Below the pieces are notes generated by a model, which saw only the letters and a program-made list of their open reading frames with translations, made no database searches and was not told the DNA's origin. A stretch of DNA of 64,000 bases from Haliotis cracherodii. Taxonomy: Eukaryota. Location: the NCBI RefSeq assembly GCF_022045235.1, contig NW_027266271.1:25792001-25856000 (forward strand), written 5' to 3'. Shown here piece after piece: positions 1-13,526 of the stretch (positions are counted from its first letter, which is position 1; each line of letters opens with the position of its first letter). Both the position numbers and the translations under genes were made by a program.

Positions 1-1749
1 GATAGCCTGGCAACACATTATGCCCAATGAGAAAAAACAGTGATTGAAGTCACTAGCATTTTCGATGTACGATGAAACACAATCAACCAAGTCAAGTCTG
101 CACACCCAATCCACAGTCAGTTCTTCTAACATAGGTGACCTCGAACCAATTATAACACGGAATGCCCACGGGAACTATTCGACATTACACTTCATCTGCA
201 TGCAGGAGGTCGTTGTTGGGAATTATTACAATTAACTTTTTCGTGAAACAAAACAGTAAAAAGGACATGTCAAAACTTGTATGAGAGCCACTAAAGTTAA
301 CAGGACCAATTCGATTTATTTCAAATTAACTTTTTGTTGCGTACCATTACAAGAAACCTGTTTGTTCAAGGTTCACCGAATCGTCTCTCCTTTCTCATTA
401 GTTGAACACTTTATGTTGATTAAGATAAATGTACTGGTACAATTTTTTGCACCTGAAATTATTTTAAAATTACACTGACAGGAAGAATTAATTATCTCTC
501 GTGGTGTCTTTCTGCGTCTTGTTTGTGGTCTGCAGGATTAGACTTATCTAACACTTTCATTTATACTTCTAGATTAAGTATGTTGTCTGGAATTCTTTGC
601 TTAGTTGATAAATGACATACACAAAATAAAATGAGGTAATATAACAGATGTTTTTAAAAAATAACCTATACAGAAAATTTAAAATTAAAACATTTGACAA
701 TCCGTCCGCTGATAACGCTCAGGCCCTCCGTGTGACAAGCTAACACTTTAAACACTCGGCTACCCCACCGCCTGAAATACAGTTGGTACAAAACATTGGT
801 GCAACTGCAGCCCAGCTCTGAGACAAACAGCAACACAGGGTGTTCAGTAGATGAGAAAACTTTCACGATGTATTGTATCACGGGCCTCATATCAGGCCAT
901 ATCAAGACTTGTGAGAAAGCCTCGCCCCACAGTCCATGCCCCTGACGGACTTCACCAGTCATCCACAAAAATACTCAAATACCGACTCTTCAGCAAGCGT
1001 CATGGCCACAAGTAGTGACAACTGAGAACCAATACCAAAAACAAAAAAAACATAAAAACATTTCGATGCCCCTTAAAATCCCCTGAATTTTAGGCATGGA
1101 AAAATTGACTTTCACACGACAATATACAGTTCTTTATTCCAAACAATCATTTCACAAAACTTTGGATAAGAGACAAGAAAATACAGATAAAAATCAAACA
1201 CTATCAATGTTCGAAATTAAGTGTTCAAAATTCAAGGGGCCATTGTAACCCTTGGATAAGAGTTCAAAATTTCGAGGGTCCCAAGATTCAAATACAACAG
1301 AAGGCCTTAGGGGCCCTGGACCCCCCCTTGATTGATCAGTTGCACAGTGATGACACTAATCGATGATGAAATCCCTTTTCATACGTGGTGGCCTTCAAAT
1401 ATGGCAATACAGTATTGTATTCCGATACGAAGCCCGCGTTACAATACATTGATTTACCACCCCAGTCTTGCGATATATATGCAGTACGAAACAAGTTAAA
1501 ATTGTTTGAAAAACAAATGAGAAATATCAGAAACTATTCAACAACCAACTTACGTAGATCAGTATTTCCAGGTTGGCTATAAATAGAACATTCTCAGTGC
1601 CCTCTAGGTTATATATTTCTGCCCTATAATATAACATTATTCCATCTCTGATATTTAAAAACAAATGATTCAGGAATTGATTCACCTGCAAAAAGGAAAA
1701 TATCAACTTACGAAATGAAAGTACTGTACAGAGGTACAAATTGTATCAT

Positions 1750-2127
1750 GCCCATAGTATTGGGAAAGGTATCATATTGCGACCCCACCGTATCGTTTTA
1801 CGTCTATTCATACCCCACCTTTATAATCACAAAGTCTTGCACCATGTTAAGAGTATTGGGATATGTATCGTATTGCAACCCCACTGTATCGTTATACATC
1901 TACTCATACCCCATCTTTATAATCATCAAGTCTTGCGCCACGTTAAGAGTATTGGGATATGTATCGTATTGCAACCCCACCGTATCGTTATACATCTACT
2001 CATACCCCACCTTTATAATCATCAAGTCTTGCACCACGTTAAGAGTATTGGGATATGTATCGTATTGCAACCCCACCGTATCGTTATACATCTACTCATA
2101 CCCCACCTTTATAATCACAAAGTCTTG
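1750..2127. repeat. 96-bp tandem repeat, about 4 copies
   Basis: Unit gttaagagtattgggatatgtatcgtattgcaaccccaccgtatcg... recurs at 1846, 1942 and 2038; explains ORFs 1715..2128 and 1741..2241. Confidence 0.95.
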
Positions 2128-3156
2128 ACATGTCTTGCTGACCTTCAGCTTCCACTCCGACACGTGCCCATGATGTTCCTGTCAGATACAGATGCTTCAC
2201 ACATCAGAGCCACACAAAGATACATTGTGCATCCAACATAAAGTGCATAATCGCCCCCATTTTTCCCACTGCAGACAATAATAAACAATGTCTGGAAAAA
2301 TAAACAGTGTATGTTGGAGCACACTAACTCTACACATAAACCAAAGCAAACTCTGTTTTTTGTTCATTTCATGTCCTTGAATAGGCAAATTCGGACACAT
2401 GAAAAAGATTTAGCAAGAAAAGATCAACAATTACTACAAATGTGGAAACATACGAGAAGGACCTTCAAAGAAAGAAGTTTCCATTCCACAGTTATTCCAT
2501 GTATGTTCTGGAAGCTGCTATGCAAATTTATAAACACGGAGGCAGGAAGCTTTGCGTTACCCAAGGCACGTGGCCTGCAGCAGAGTGTCTCCCCTCACAA
2601 ATTAAAGAGTAGAGGGATTGCTGTTTTGATTGTACAGCAGCAATTAGACGTAGCTAAAAATAATATTACAGTAACGACTCCGTGTGCGATTTCAGTATAA
2701 TATTTTCTCAATCAACATTCTTCTTACAGTCAGACCTAATCCTCTGGGATTAACGGGACGTCTTCCGCAGCTTCCAATCAGCTTCTCTCAACATACAATA
2801 CAATTACCAAACCAAATTTACTTACATGGATCGTTTGAAGTTGCAGGTGACAGTTTAGTCACCAAATCAAAGGTTTCATTTCTGCATTATCTCCAACTGT
2901 CTGACAGGTCTTGGAAATCAAGTTAGGAAGGATGGACAGAGGTTAGAATGGTAAACTTGGGCAGAGATAACACAGGACGCAATGCTGAAAATGTGAGCAA
3001 TGTTCAACAGAAACATCCTTGAGGTTTGCACCTATAGTATTTTAAATCTTTATCTCTTAAGTATCTTTAACTCTTAATCTTTGAGTCATGACAATGACGC
3101 CTTGATTTTCTTGCTTAATCTTAAAGTCACCATAATAAGGGCCCCATGTTCTTGTA

Positions 3157-3316
3157 NNNNNNNNNNNNNNNNNNNNNNNNNNNNNNNNNNNNNNNNNNNN
3201 NNNNNNNNNNNNNNNNNNNNNNNNNNNNNNNNNNNNNNNNNNNNNNNNNNNNNNNNNNNNNNNNNNNNNNNNNNNNNNNNNNNNNNNNNNNNNNNNNNNN
3301 NNNNNNNNNNNNNNNN
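3157..3316. other. Assembly gap (160 N)
   Basis: Run of N, abutting the 35-bp array. Confidence 1.
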
Positions 3317-4338
3317 CTCACACTGTTGTGGAGGGCCACCAATAGGGGTGTCACACACTGTTGTGGAGGGCCACCAATAGGGGTGTCACACACTGTTGTG
3401 GAGGGCCACCAATAGGGGTGTCACACACTGCTGTGGAGTGTCACCAATAGGGGTTTCACACACTGTTGTGGAGGGCCACCAATAGGGGTGTCACATACTG
3501 CTGTGGAGGGCCACTAATAGGGGTGTTACACACTGCTGTAGAGGGCCACCAATAGGGGTGTCACACACTGTTTTGGAGGGCCACCAATAGGGGTGTCACA
3601 CACTGTTGTGGAGGGCCACCAATAGGGGTGTCACATACTGCTGTGGAGGGCCACTAATAAGGGTGTAACACACTGCTGTAGAGGGCCACCAATAGGGGTG
3701 TCACACACTGCTGTGGAGGGCCACCAATAGGGGTTTCACACACTTCTGTGGAGGGCCAATAATAGGGGTTTCACACACTGTTGTGGAGGGCCACCAATAG
3801 GGGTGTCACACACTGTTGTGGAGGGACACCAATAGGGGTGTCACATACTGTTGTGGAGGGCCACTAATAAGGGTGTAACACACTGCTGTGGAGGGCCACC
3901 AATAGGGGTGTCACACACTGCTGTGGAGGGCCACCAATAGGGGTTTCACACACTGTTGTGGAGGGCCACCAATAGGGGTGTCACACACTGTTTTGGAGGG
4001 CCACCAATAGGGGTGTCACACACTGTTTTGGAGGGACACCAATAGGGATGTCACACACTGTTGTGGAGGGCCACCAATAGGGGTGTCACACACTGTTGTG
4101 GAGGGCCACCAATAGGGGTGTCACACACTGTTTTGGAGGCCACCAATAGGGGTTTCACACACTGTTGTGGAGGGCCACCAATAGGGATGTCACACACTGT
4201 TTTGGAGGGCCACCAATAGGGGTGTCACACACTGTTGTGGAGGGCCACCAATAGGGGTTTCACACACTGTTGTGGAGGGCCACCAATAGGGGTGTCACAC
4301 ACTGTTGTGGAGGGCCACCAATAGGGGTTTCACACACA
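3317..4338. repeat. 35-bp minisatellite (cacactgttgtggagggccaccaataggggtgtca)n, about 29 copies, open at the gap
   Basis: Direct periodicity in sequence. Confidence 0.97.
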
Positions 4339-4429
4339 ACAGGCAACCAACCCTCAGGACGAGAACCAAACAGTTTAACCACCAGGCTACTAGTGTTCAT
4401 GTTTTACTCTCCCCTTGCCCAACATTCTC

Positions 4430-4481
4430 CGACATCAGTGCCAACATCAGTGCCAACATCAGTGCCAACATCAGTGCCGAC
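4430..4481. repeat. 12-bp tandem repeat (acatcagtgcca) x4
   Basis: Direct reading. Confidence 0.9.
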
Positions 4482-4765
4482 TGACTCCTCTTCAGATTAA
4501 GTTTGCTTGATGCAGCAGGTTCTTGAATTATATGGAATATTTACTAATTATAGTGAATGCTCCATGTGTTTCCAATAAACATTCCTTGTTCCAAATAGTC
4601 TCTGTTGGAAGGGGCAAGAGCTGGTAATCATGTCTGATATTCAAACAAAACTTTCAGAGCATATCAAATATCACAAATGGAAAACATTATTTGAATAATT
4701 CCTTTGCACCTGTGTGTGAAGATAAACTAGCAAATGTTCATTTCTGATAATGGTGGACATCTTTG

Positions 4766-6170
4766 GGAGATGACGAGGTGGATCACAACCCTGGTACTGG
4801 GGACGAGGTGGATCACAGCCCTGGTACTGGGGACGAGGTGGATCACAGCCCTGGTAATGGGGATGAGGTGGATCAGAGCAATGGTACTGGTGACGTGGTG
4901 GATCACAACCCTCGTACTGGTGACGAGGTGGATCACAGCCCTGGTACTGGGAATGAGGTGGATCACAGCCCTGGTACTGGGGATGAGGTGGATCACAGCC
5001 CTGGTACTGGGGACGAGGTGGATCACAGCCCTGGTAATGGGGATGAGGTGGATCAGAGCAATGGTACTGGTGACGTGGTGGATCACAACCCTCGTACTGG
5101 TGACGAGGTGGATCACAGCCCTGGTACTGGTGACGAGGTGGATCACAACCCTGGTACTGGGGATGAGGTGGATCACAACCCTGGTACTGGGGATGAGGTG
5201 GATCACAGCCCTGGTACTGGGAATGAGGTGGATCACAGCCCTGGTACTGGGGATGAGGTGGATCACAGCCCTGGTACTGGGGACGAGGTGGATCACAGCC
5301 CTGGTACTGGGAATGAGGTGGATCACAGCCCTGGTACTGGGGATGAGGTGGATCACAGCCCTGGTAATGGGAATGAGGTGGATCACAGCCCTGGTACTGG
5401 GGACGAGGTGGATCACAGCCCTGGTACTGGGAATGAGGTGGATCACAGCCCTGGTACTGGGGATGAGGTGGATCACAGCCCTGGTACTGGGGACGAGGTG
5501 GATCACAGCCCTGGTAATGGGGATGAGGTGGATCAGAGCAATGGTACTGGTGACGTGGTGGATCACAACCCTCGTACTGGTGACGAGGTGGATCACAGCC
5601 CTGGTACTGGGGATGAGGTGGATCACAGCCCTGGTACTGGGGATGAGGTGGATCACAGCCCTGGTACTGGGGATGAGGTGGATCACAACCCTGGTACTGG
5701 GGATGAGGTGGATCACAGCCCTGGTACTGGGGATGAGGTGGATCACAGCCCTGGTACTGGGGATGAGGTGGATCACAGCCCTGGTACTGGGGATGAGGTG
5801 GATCACAGCCCTGGTACTGGGGATGAGGTGGATCACAGCCCTGGTACTGGGGATGAGGTGGATCACAGCCCTGGTACTTGGGATGAGGTGGATCACAGCC
5901 CTGGTACTGGGGACGAGGTGGATCACAACCCTGGTACTGGGAATGAGGTGGATCACAGCCCTGGTACTGGGGACGAGGTGGATCACAGCCCTGGTACTGG
6001 GGATGAGGTGGATCACAGCCCTGGTAATGGGGATGAGGTGGATCACAGCCCTGGTACTGGGGACGTGGTGGATCACAGCCCTGGTACTGGGGATGAGGTG
6101 GATCACAACCCTGGTACTGGGGACGAGGTGGATCACAACCCTGGTACTGGGGAAGAGGTGGATCGCAAGC
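4766..6170. repeat. 30-bp minisatellite (ggatgaggtggatcacagccctggtactgg)n, about 46 copies
   Basis: Exact 30-bp periodicity; stop-free in four frames, giving the 470-510 aa ORFs. Confidence 0.97.
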
Positions 6171-6639
6171 ATGGGATTTAGAACCATAGCAAAACATTAG
6201 GAAATAACCTTAACAGAACCATCAACATCCACAATGATATTACACTACAATTCATTGTTTAATCAGTAGCTCTGTCAAGCACCAACACACAACAATGTCA
6301 ACCTGATCACAATTAATGATCTACACCATGTATGGCCTCTGTCAAAAACAAATACAAAGTTGGGTGTTTCAGGAAAATAAATCACCCAGGCAATCTATTG
6401 CAGCCTTTGTAAGGGGTACAGAAATCTGACAACTGAGCGAGCAGGGACGCCTGTTGTCATAGTTACCAAGATAAATCGTACTCCGGCTATCAAGAAATAA
6501 ATTTATTATTGTGTAAGAGTCAGTGTTATCGGTAAAATGCCATGAGTTCGGTACTAAGCCAGGCAAATCACCAGGGCATTGATCACATGACTGCAGTTTG
6601 CTGCCCTTGTGTTTGTACCCTAGCCGAGGGGTTCCTGTC

Positions 6640-8148
6640 ATTGTCTGGTCCCGATTCAGTCATTTACAGACCACCATCATATACCTGGAATACTGCTGAG
6701 TGCAGCGTTAAACAACACACAAACAATCACGGGATTGTCTGGTCCAGATTCAGTCATTTACAGACCACCATCATATATCTGGAATACTGCTGAGTGCAGC
6801 GTTAAACAACACACAAACAATCACTGGATTGTCTGGTCCCGATTCAGTCATTTACAGACCACCATCATATACCTGGAATACTGCTGAGTGCAGCGTTAAA
6901 CAACACACAAACAATCACTGGATTGTCTGGTCCAGATTCAGTCATTTACAGACCACCATCATATACCTGGAATACTGCTGAGTGCAGCGTTAAACAACAC
7001 ACAAACAATCACTGGATTGTCTGGTCCCGATTCAGTCATTTACAGACCACCATCATGTACCTGGAATACTGCTGAGTGCAGCGTTAAACAACACACAAAC
7101 AATCACTGGATTGTCTGGTCCCGATTCAGTCATTTACAGACCACCATCATATATCTGGAATACTGCTGAGAGCAGCGTTAAACAACACACAAACAATCAC
7201 GGGATTGTCTGGTCCAGATTCAGTCATTTACAGACCACCATCATATACCTGGAATACTGCTGAGTGCAGCGTTAAACAACACACAAACAATCACTGGATT
7301 GTCTGGTCCCGATTCAGTCATTTACAGACCACCATCATGTACCTGGAATACTGCTGAGTGCAGCGTTAAACAACACACAAACAATCACTGGATTGTCTGG
7401 TCCCGATTCAGTCATTTACAGACCACCATCATGTACCTGGAATACTGCTGAGTGCAGCGTTAAACAACACACAAACAATCACGGGATTGTCTGGTCCAGA
7501 TTCAGTCATTTACAGACCACCATCATGTACCTGGAATACTGCTGAGTGCAGCGTTAAACAACACACAAACAATCACTGGATTGTCTGGTCCAGATTCAGT
7601 CATTTACAGACCACCATCATATACCTGGAATACTGCTGAGTGCAGCGTTAAACAACACACAAACAATCACTGGATTGTCTGGTCCCGATTCAGTCATTTA
7701 CAGACCACCATCATGTACCTGGAATACTGCTGAGTGCAGCGTTAAACAACACACAAACAATCACTGGATTGTCTGGTCCCGATTCAGTCATTTACAGACC
7801 ACCATCATATATCTGGAATACTGCTGAGAGCAGCGTTAAACAACACACAAACAATCACTGGATTGTCTGGTCCAGATTCAGTCATTTACAGACCACCATC
7901 ATATACCTGGAATACTGATGAGTGCAGCGTTAAACAACACAAACAATCACTGGATTGTCTGGTCCCGATTCAGTCATTTACAGACCACCATCATATACCT
8001 GGAATACTGCAGAGAGCAGCGTTAAACAACACACAAACAAACAATCACTGGATTGTCTGGTCCAGATTCAGTCATTTACAGACCACCATCATATATACCT
8101 GGAATACTGCTGAGAGCAGCATTAAACAACACACAAACAAACAATCAC
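6640..8148 (+). repeat. 94-bp satellite made from the 3' tail of SINE family A, about 16 copies
   Basis: tcactggattgtctggtc(c/a)gattcagtcatttacagaccaccatcatatacctggaatactgctgagtgcagcgttaaacaacacacaaacaa recurs at 6821, 6915 and 7009; matches the SINE tail at 33035-33125. Confidence 0.93.
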
Positions 8149-8329
8149 AGGTGAGATGACTGGTAGCAACCACTTGTTAAAGGGAAGATTAGTTCAGGCC
8201 CGAATCGGTTTTGAATTGAAAGCAACTTTACGTATGTGGTATTAGTTAGATAGATAGCTGAGGCGAGGTGAAATGGGGTTTACTGTCACATTCAAGACTA
8301 TTGCACTTATCAAGCGACATGCGGTCAGG

Positions 8330-8612
8330 CCTGCGTGTGTGCAGGCGTGCTTGTGTGGCTGATTGTATTAGCCCAGACTAATGCTGATTTAATAATGCTA
8401 GCCCACTGAGATACTATGCTGCAGTATAACATGAATACTCCACTCAGATACAGTACACCGACACCCGAAACGACCAGTCCTTGTTTTAGCCCCTTAATGC
8501 CAGGCACCAGGCAGGGTATCAACAAGTACCTACTTTTTAACATCTTTTGGTAGGACGCTGCTGGGGATGGAACCCCTGATTTTCTGCTCTGTGGGCAGAC
8601 GCCCTACCACCA
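8330..8612 (-). mobile_element. tRNA-headed SINE, family C (Meta/MESC-like central domain), degenerate
   Basis: Similar along its length to 9985-10260 and 53712-53946; degenerate B box; ccaaaagatgttaaaaagtaggtacttg core. Confidence 0.7.
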
Positions 8613-9810
8613 TGACATGGTCTCATGGAACCAAACATGCACCTTCCAAAATGTTCCATACAAAACACCAAATGCTTAAAATCAAAACAATTAAGATACA
8701 AAAAATCTTCATTGTACCCAATCCTCTACAAAGACAGGCATTTTAAGTGGGTCTTTTCTTCAGAAGCCTCCATGCAAACTGTACTGAAGCATTACGACAT
8801 GGCGATTCCCTTCAGAAATACTGTGACATTCCATCATTTTCAGCTATATGATTCACAGACATGATAACTTTTCAAAAGAAGCAGATGCCCCAGCATCCAG
8901 AAGTTTTATTTTTGGAATCCATTGAATCTTTTTCCGTGCAGACCATTTACGTAGGTTCACCACTTGACTCGGGAACCAACAAAAACACGTTTTATCACTC
9001 GCCACATCATCGGCGGAATCCATAACTCCAATCCTTTTAAAAAGATCCGAATCTATTAGGCGTCCTGAAGAATGCAACTCTTTCCAATCAAGGGGAAGCA
9101 GCGCTCACAGAAAAAAAGCCTCATATCTGTAATGTTGGAGCATTAATCTTGCACCTTAGACATTGTAATTTTATCAGTCTGACGCTGGTGTTTACGGAGA
9201 CATGTTTTATCAGGGTGGAAGGAATGCCTGCTTGTTGGATGATATGGAGACCAAATCGGTTCCACCTGGCCTGTCTGCTGCAGAGGCCAGACTGGGCACA
9301 ATATTGGACAATGATCACTAACATCTATCATTCAGGACATTTATTACATGTCTTGGCTGTTTCAAATGACTCCAGTCATAACGCAAAATATGTTTTTTAC
9401 TTGTCTGTCATCTATAGCAAAAGAACATTATCATGTCATTCGCCAAAATAGATGTTTTTCATGTAAGTACTCTGGATATTATCCCTAGACATCAATTTCA
9501 TAGAATCTAATTTTTGTGGCATTTGACATTTATTTCGAATAAATCAGAATTATAGCCATGCACAACATTTTGAAAGTGGTAAATGTTTTCCAGCCTACAT
9601 GAAGTGAGGTGAGGTGAATAATCTTGATTGTAAACCTATAGAAAGTGTGTTCTGTGTTGTGATTGGCTAATTTGGGTCACATGACCAAATGTCAAAGGGT
9701 GAAAATATGATTTGCATTCCCCGAAGGAAGCGAAAGCAAATGGTGAGTATGTACGAGGTGTTAAAGAGTGCGCATGTTTTTTTTAAAATAAAACAATAGG
9801 TTTACAATAT

Positions 9811-9963
9811 CGATAAATACTAGGTGTGTGTCTATTTCCGGGATTTTTTCGAGTATTTGCATCTTGGAAATTATCATTCGAGCCCCTCAAGTTAACGCTT
9901 TCGGGTCTCGAGATGAATTTCCAAGATAAAATCCCGGAAATAGACACACACATAGTATTTATC
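9811..9963. mobile_element. Foldback/hairpin end of an unclassified DNA element
   Basis: gataaatactaggtgtgtgtctatttccgggatttt pairs with aaaatcccggaaatagacacacatagtatttatc; inner arms ttggaaatt/aatttccaa and cgagccc/gggtctcg. Confidence 0.6.
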
Positions 9964-9984
9964 TTCTAAATGCGACATTAAAGC

Positions 9985-10260
9985 TGTGCGTGCGTGCGTG
10001 CGTGGGGCTGCTGGTACTAGTCTGGACTAATGATGATTTCATAGTGCTAGCTCACTGAGATACTGCTGCAGTTTAACATGAATACCCCGCTCAGACACAG
10101 CATACTGATTCCAAGCCGACCAGTTGTTGGTTTAGCCCCTTAATACCGAGTGCCAGGCAGGGTAACAACAAGTATCATCTTTTAAAGTCTTTTGGTATGA
10201 CACAGCCAGGGATCGAACCCCGGACCTTCCGCTCGCCAGGTAGACATTCTACTACTAGAC
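9985..10260 (-). mobile_element. tRNA-headed SINE, family C (Meta/MESC-like)
   Basis: Minus strand reads tctagtagtagaatg (A-box-like), ggttcgatccc (B box), gtcataccaaaagactttaaaagatg core and (gcac)n tail. Confidence 0.8.
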
Positions 10261-10479
10261 CCTATATGAAGTGAAAAAGTTTGATTGAAGATGTGTTTGG
10301 GTATTCGTCAATCATCATGAACATTTAAACTGTATATATTCACCTTTATTTTCTATATTCTATTCTCATGGTTACACACAAGAAGAAATTGTGGTGAAAT
10401 TACACTTCCTTTCTTCATAGAATTCTTCATATTCTCAATAATTCCCCAATGCACTTTATCATGGGTTAGAATAGGTCCC

Positions 10480-10740
10480 AGCTGTGAAGATCCAGGTTAG
10501 AATTGGTCTTCAGCAGCCCAATCTTGCCGTAAAAGTCAACTATGCTAATCGTATGAGGCGACTAATGGGATCGGGAGGTCAGGCTCGCTGACTTGGTTGA
10601 TGCATGTCATTGTATCCCAAATGCGTGGATAGATGCTCATAATGTCAACCACCGGATTGTCTGGTCCAGACTGGATTATCTACAGCCTGCCGTCATATAG
10701 CTGGAGTTTTGCGGAGTGTGGTGGCAAACAACAAACAAAT
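10480..10740 (+). mobile_element. SINE family A, full length (followed by a degenerate partial copy to about 10890)
   Basis: gctgtgaagatccaggttagaattggtcttcagc head; ggattgtctggtccagac...tatagctgg tail; (caaa)n end. Confidence 0.85.
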
Positions 10741-11986
10741 AGAACATTACCTGGAACCCATGTTTGTTGTACAAGGTGACATTATGAATTGTATGGTCAG
10801 GCTTGGTGACCTGGTTGACAGTGTCATCGCAGCCCAATCATGTAGGTCTTGCTCAAAATAACAATCACTGGTTTGTCTGGGCCAGACCTTGGATAAACAG
10901 TCACAGTCACCCATGCTTGTTCTAAGGGCTGTGTCACTAAAGTCAGTGGCGCGACTAAATGTGTGTCATCAAGCAGCAATGACATGGAGTGTTGCTCACG
11001 TTTTAGGTCACTGCTTTACGTGCTTAGTGGCGATAATTTATTTATTAAATTGAGACAATTCTTTCAACAAATCAGCACAGAGATGTGTTACGTCTGCAGG
11101 ACTGTCAAACAATCTGCTGAACTGCAATGTGATGTATTCCATATCTCCTTGCACTGACAACACCATCTAGGACACATGCAGAAAACAAGAACACTCCTCC
11201 TCAGGTCGCTGTGTGATGCAGAACTTAAGAAGGATTTGTCCAACACTTGTCATGCAGTGCGCTAAGCCCCTTTGATAAACTCCACACCTGCTCCTCAGGA
11301 TCTAACTCCTATGTTCAATTACAGAGCTGGAAGCAAAACCTACAATAACCCTGTAGCAGAGCACCAATGGTAAGACAAAGGGAACCATACAGTCATATCT
11401 GCATGTTAGTAATGTTGTGTCTCTCATACAAATAAACTCCACATATTTCCAAATATAACAAGTAGTCTGTAATACAAATAAACCTTATGTATTCCCAAAT
11501 AAACATTGTAGGCTTAGAGGTACTTTGATAATGTTCAGGTCATATTTTGCAAAGCCTAATATAAGAGAACATCGAAAAAGCATGTATAAGACAAATATTG
11601 TGATTCCTTCCTGACACTTACTGTCTGCGTGTGGAGCAATAGGTCTTCTTGTTTAGCATCCATGACCTTCAAATATGGATGAAATAGGAGTGATTCAGTG
11701 AGTGAAGGTGGCATTGCCGGTACATCATGCTCGACAATGGAGCTGCCATGGCAGCGTGTAAAGAAATTGAGTCTGGACCAGACAATAGTGTGAGCAAGCT
11801 GAAAAGTGTTTGCAAGTTCTTTAAAGTCCGCCATTTCCAGAAGAACCTAGAAATAATTACATAATGCAATTCCAGTGTGACATAAACTGAGTGTCATTAT
11901 TGAAGGTCACCTTGGTGTGTAGTGTGTGAAACATGAACATGTCAACAAGCATGAAAGTCTGAGTATGTTCACGACGTCGTTAATGT

Positions 11987-12254
11987 TGGTTGGTTGGTTT
12001 GTTGTTTAACGCCGCACTCAGCAATATTCCAGCTATATGACGACGGTCTGTAAATAATCGAGTCTGGACCAGACAATCCAGTGATTGATATCATGAGCAT
12101 CAATCCACACAATTAGGATTGATGACATGTATCAACCAAGTCAGTGAGCCTGACCACCCGATCCCGTTAGTCGCCTTTTACGACAAGCACAGTCACCTTT
12201 TACGGTAAGCATGGGTTGCTGAAGACCTATTCTACCCTGGAATCTTCACGGGTC
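11987..12254 (-). mobile_element. SINE family A, full length
   Basis: 5' end GACCCGTGAAGA at 12254; (ccaa)n tail; degenerate 16-bp TSD 11971-11986 / 12255-12270 differing only by transitions. Confidence 0.9.
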
Positions 12255-12714
12255 GTAATGTCGTTAACGTTGAAGAGTATGTTGTTTATACCGATGTCAC
12301 ACAGATTGGATGCTTTCAAGAATCTTGAAAAATGGCTAACTATTAAAAACAATGGTAAGTGCAAGATTGAAGGCGACAGAAACACTACCCAAAACTCATG
12401 CCTGACCGCAACAAGTGGTTTAGCCCAGGCCCATGCCATCCATGACATGTAACAGTCAATGTGGGTAGATGGGATTCACTCCAGATGCAACTGACCTGCA
12501 CTCTTCATAGGTATAAAGGTGACTTTTTTTAATACTTTTATCTCTAATCATCTGCATGATCCCTCACTAGTGATGCTCAGTGCTTTACTTTCAGGGTGGG
12601 AAATACATGCCCACTACAATGTCCAGTCATTAATGGTGTTTAGCTTCAGTCAATCAGTTGGGTCTTGCTCTTAATATTCCTGCAACAATGTCGTGATAGA
12701 CACCTGGAATTTGA

Positions 12715-12913
12715 CCTGTATAGTGATGCAGGTCTCAGGCGTTTACCACTTCTGTGAAAGCCATGAGCACAGGTATGGTGCTGACAAACCTAGAAACATA
12801 ATCGGGGCGAACCTGGATTCGAACCCACAATCATATGTTCCTGGCATGCCAAAGGGATGCAGCTCTGCACAGCAAACTGCAGCACCTCAGACAACTGGGC
12901 CATCCATGCCTCC
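12715..12913 (-). mobile_element. tRNA-headed SINE, family D, partial
   Basis: Reverse complement matches the 5' two-thirds of 50812-51094; B box gggttcgaatcc. Confidence 0.8.
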
Positions 12914-13526
12914 TTTGTCCTGTATAGGGCAAAGAACCAAGGTCTTCCATGTTGTTGTTTTCAACAGAAACTGATATTGATTGTCTTGCAATTTCACGTC
13001 AGTGTACATTCACAATCTTTCTTACAGCTATTCTGAATTGGGAGATGACTGTTTAAGAATGGACTGTCGTTGAGGGCATACAGTTCTCCACCTCATGTGC
13101 AGTTTGTCTGAAACATATCCGCAGTGATACAAAACTGATCATGGTAGTTTTGCCAAGGGACACATACAGTGAACACATTAAAGTTCAAACAACAAATCTC
13201 AGCAGGTCACATGATGTGAAGGGGATGCTGGTTGCTATATTCTAGTTTCGATGCATGAAATAACACTGCTTCATGAAGCAGGTGCTGTATCTCCAGACAT
13301 CATTTTTTACAAGACGTGATGAAATTGTAGCTCTATCTACATGTACAGGATGTGCAGAATATACGGGGGCATTTCTCTTGGCACTCAGACTACAAAACAA
13401 ACTGACAGATGCTCTTGCAATTGTTGACTCGATGTAATTTTGTATATCGACTTTGGTGGACCTTCTCACATGAAGCCATCTTGATCCCATCTCATTGTCA
13501 TTGTGAGGTGCAGGAGAGATTCTAAG

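Noticed and set aside
2143-2268. Minus-strand segment with AG/GT boundaries
   Set aside because: Stop codons in all three frames
4671-6200. Four 470-510 aa ORFs (e.g. DPPHPQYQGC and GTGDEVDHSP repeats) resembling structural or shell-matrix proteins
   Set aside because: Product of a stop-free 30-bp minisatellite; open on both strands, with no signal peptide or unique coding flanks
3317-8148. Regular arrays as possible CRISPR
   Set aside because: No unique spacers, no cas genes, eukaryotic context
10480-10500. Apparent compensatory change CCG/CGG to CTG/CAG in the SINE-A head stem
   Set aside because: Fully explained by CpG deamination on both strands, so not counted as covariation
11556-11834. 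Minus ORF with apparent splice sites, as a possible ADAR exon
   Set aside because: Its 5' half is a decayed SINE tail (attgtctggtccagactc...); no deaminase motifs
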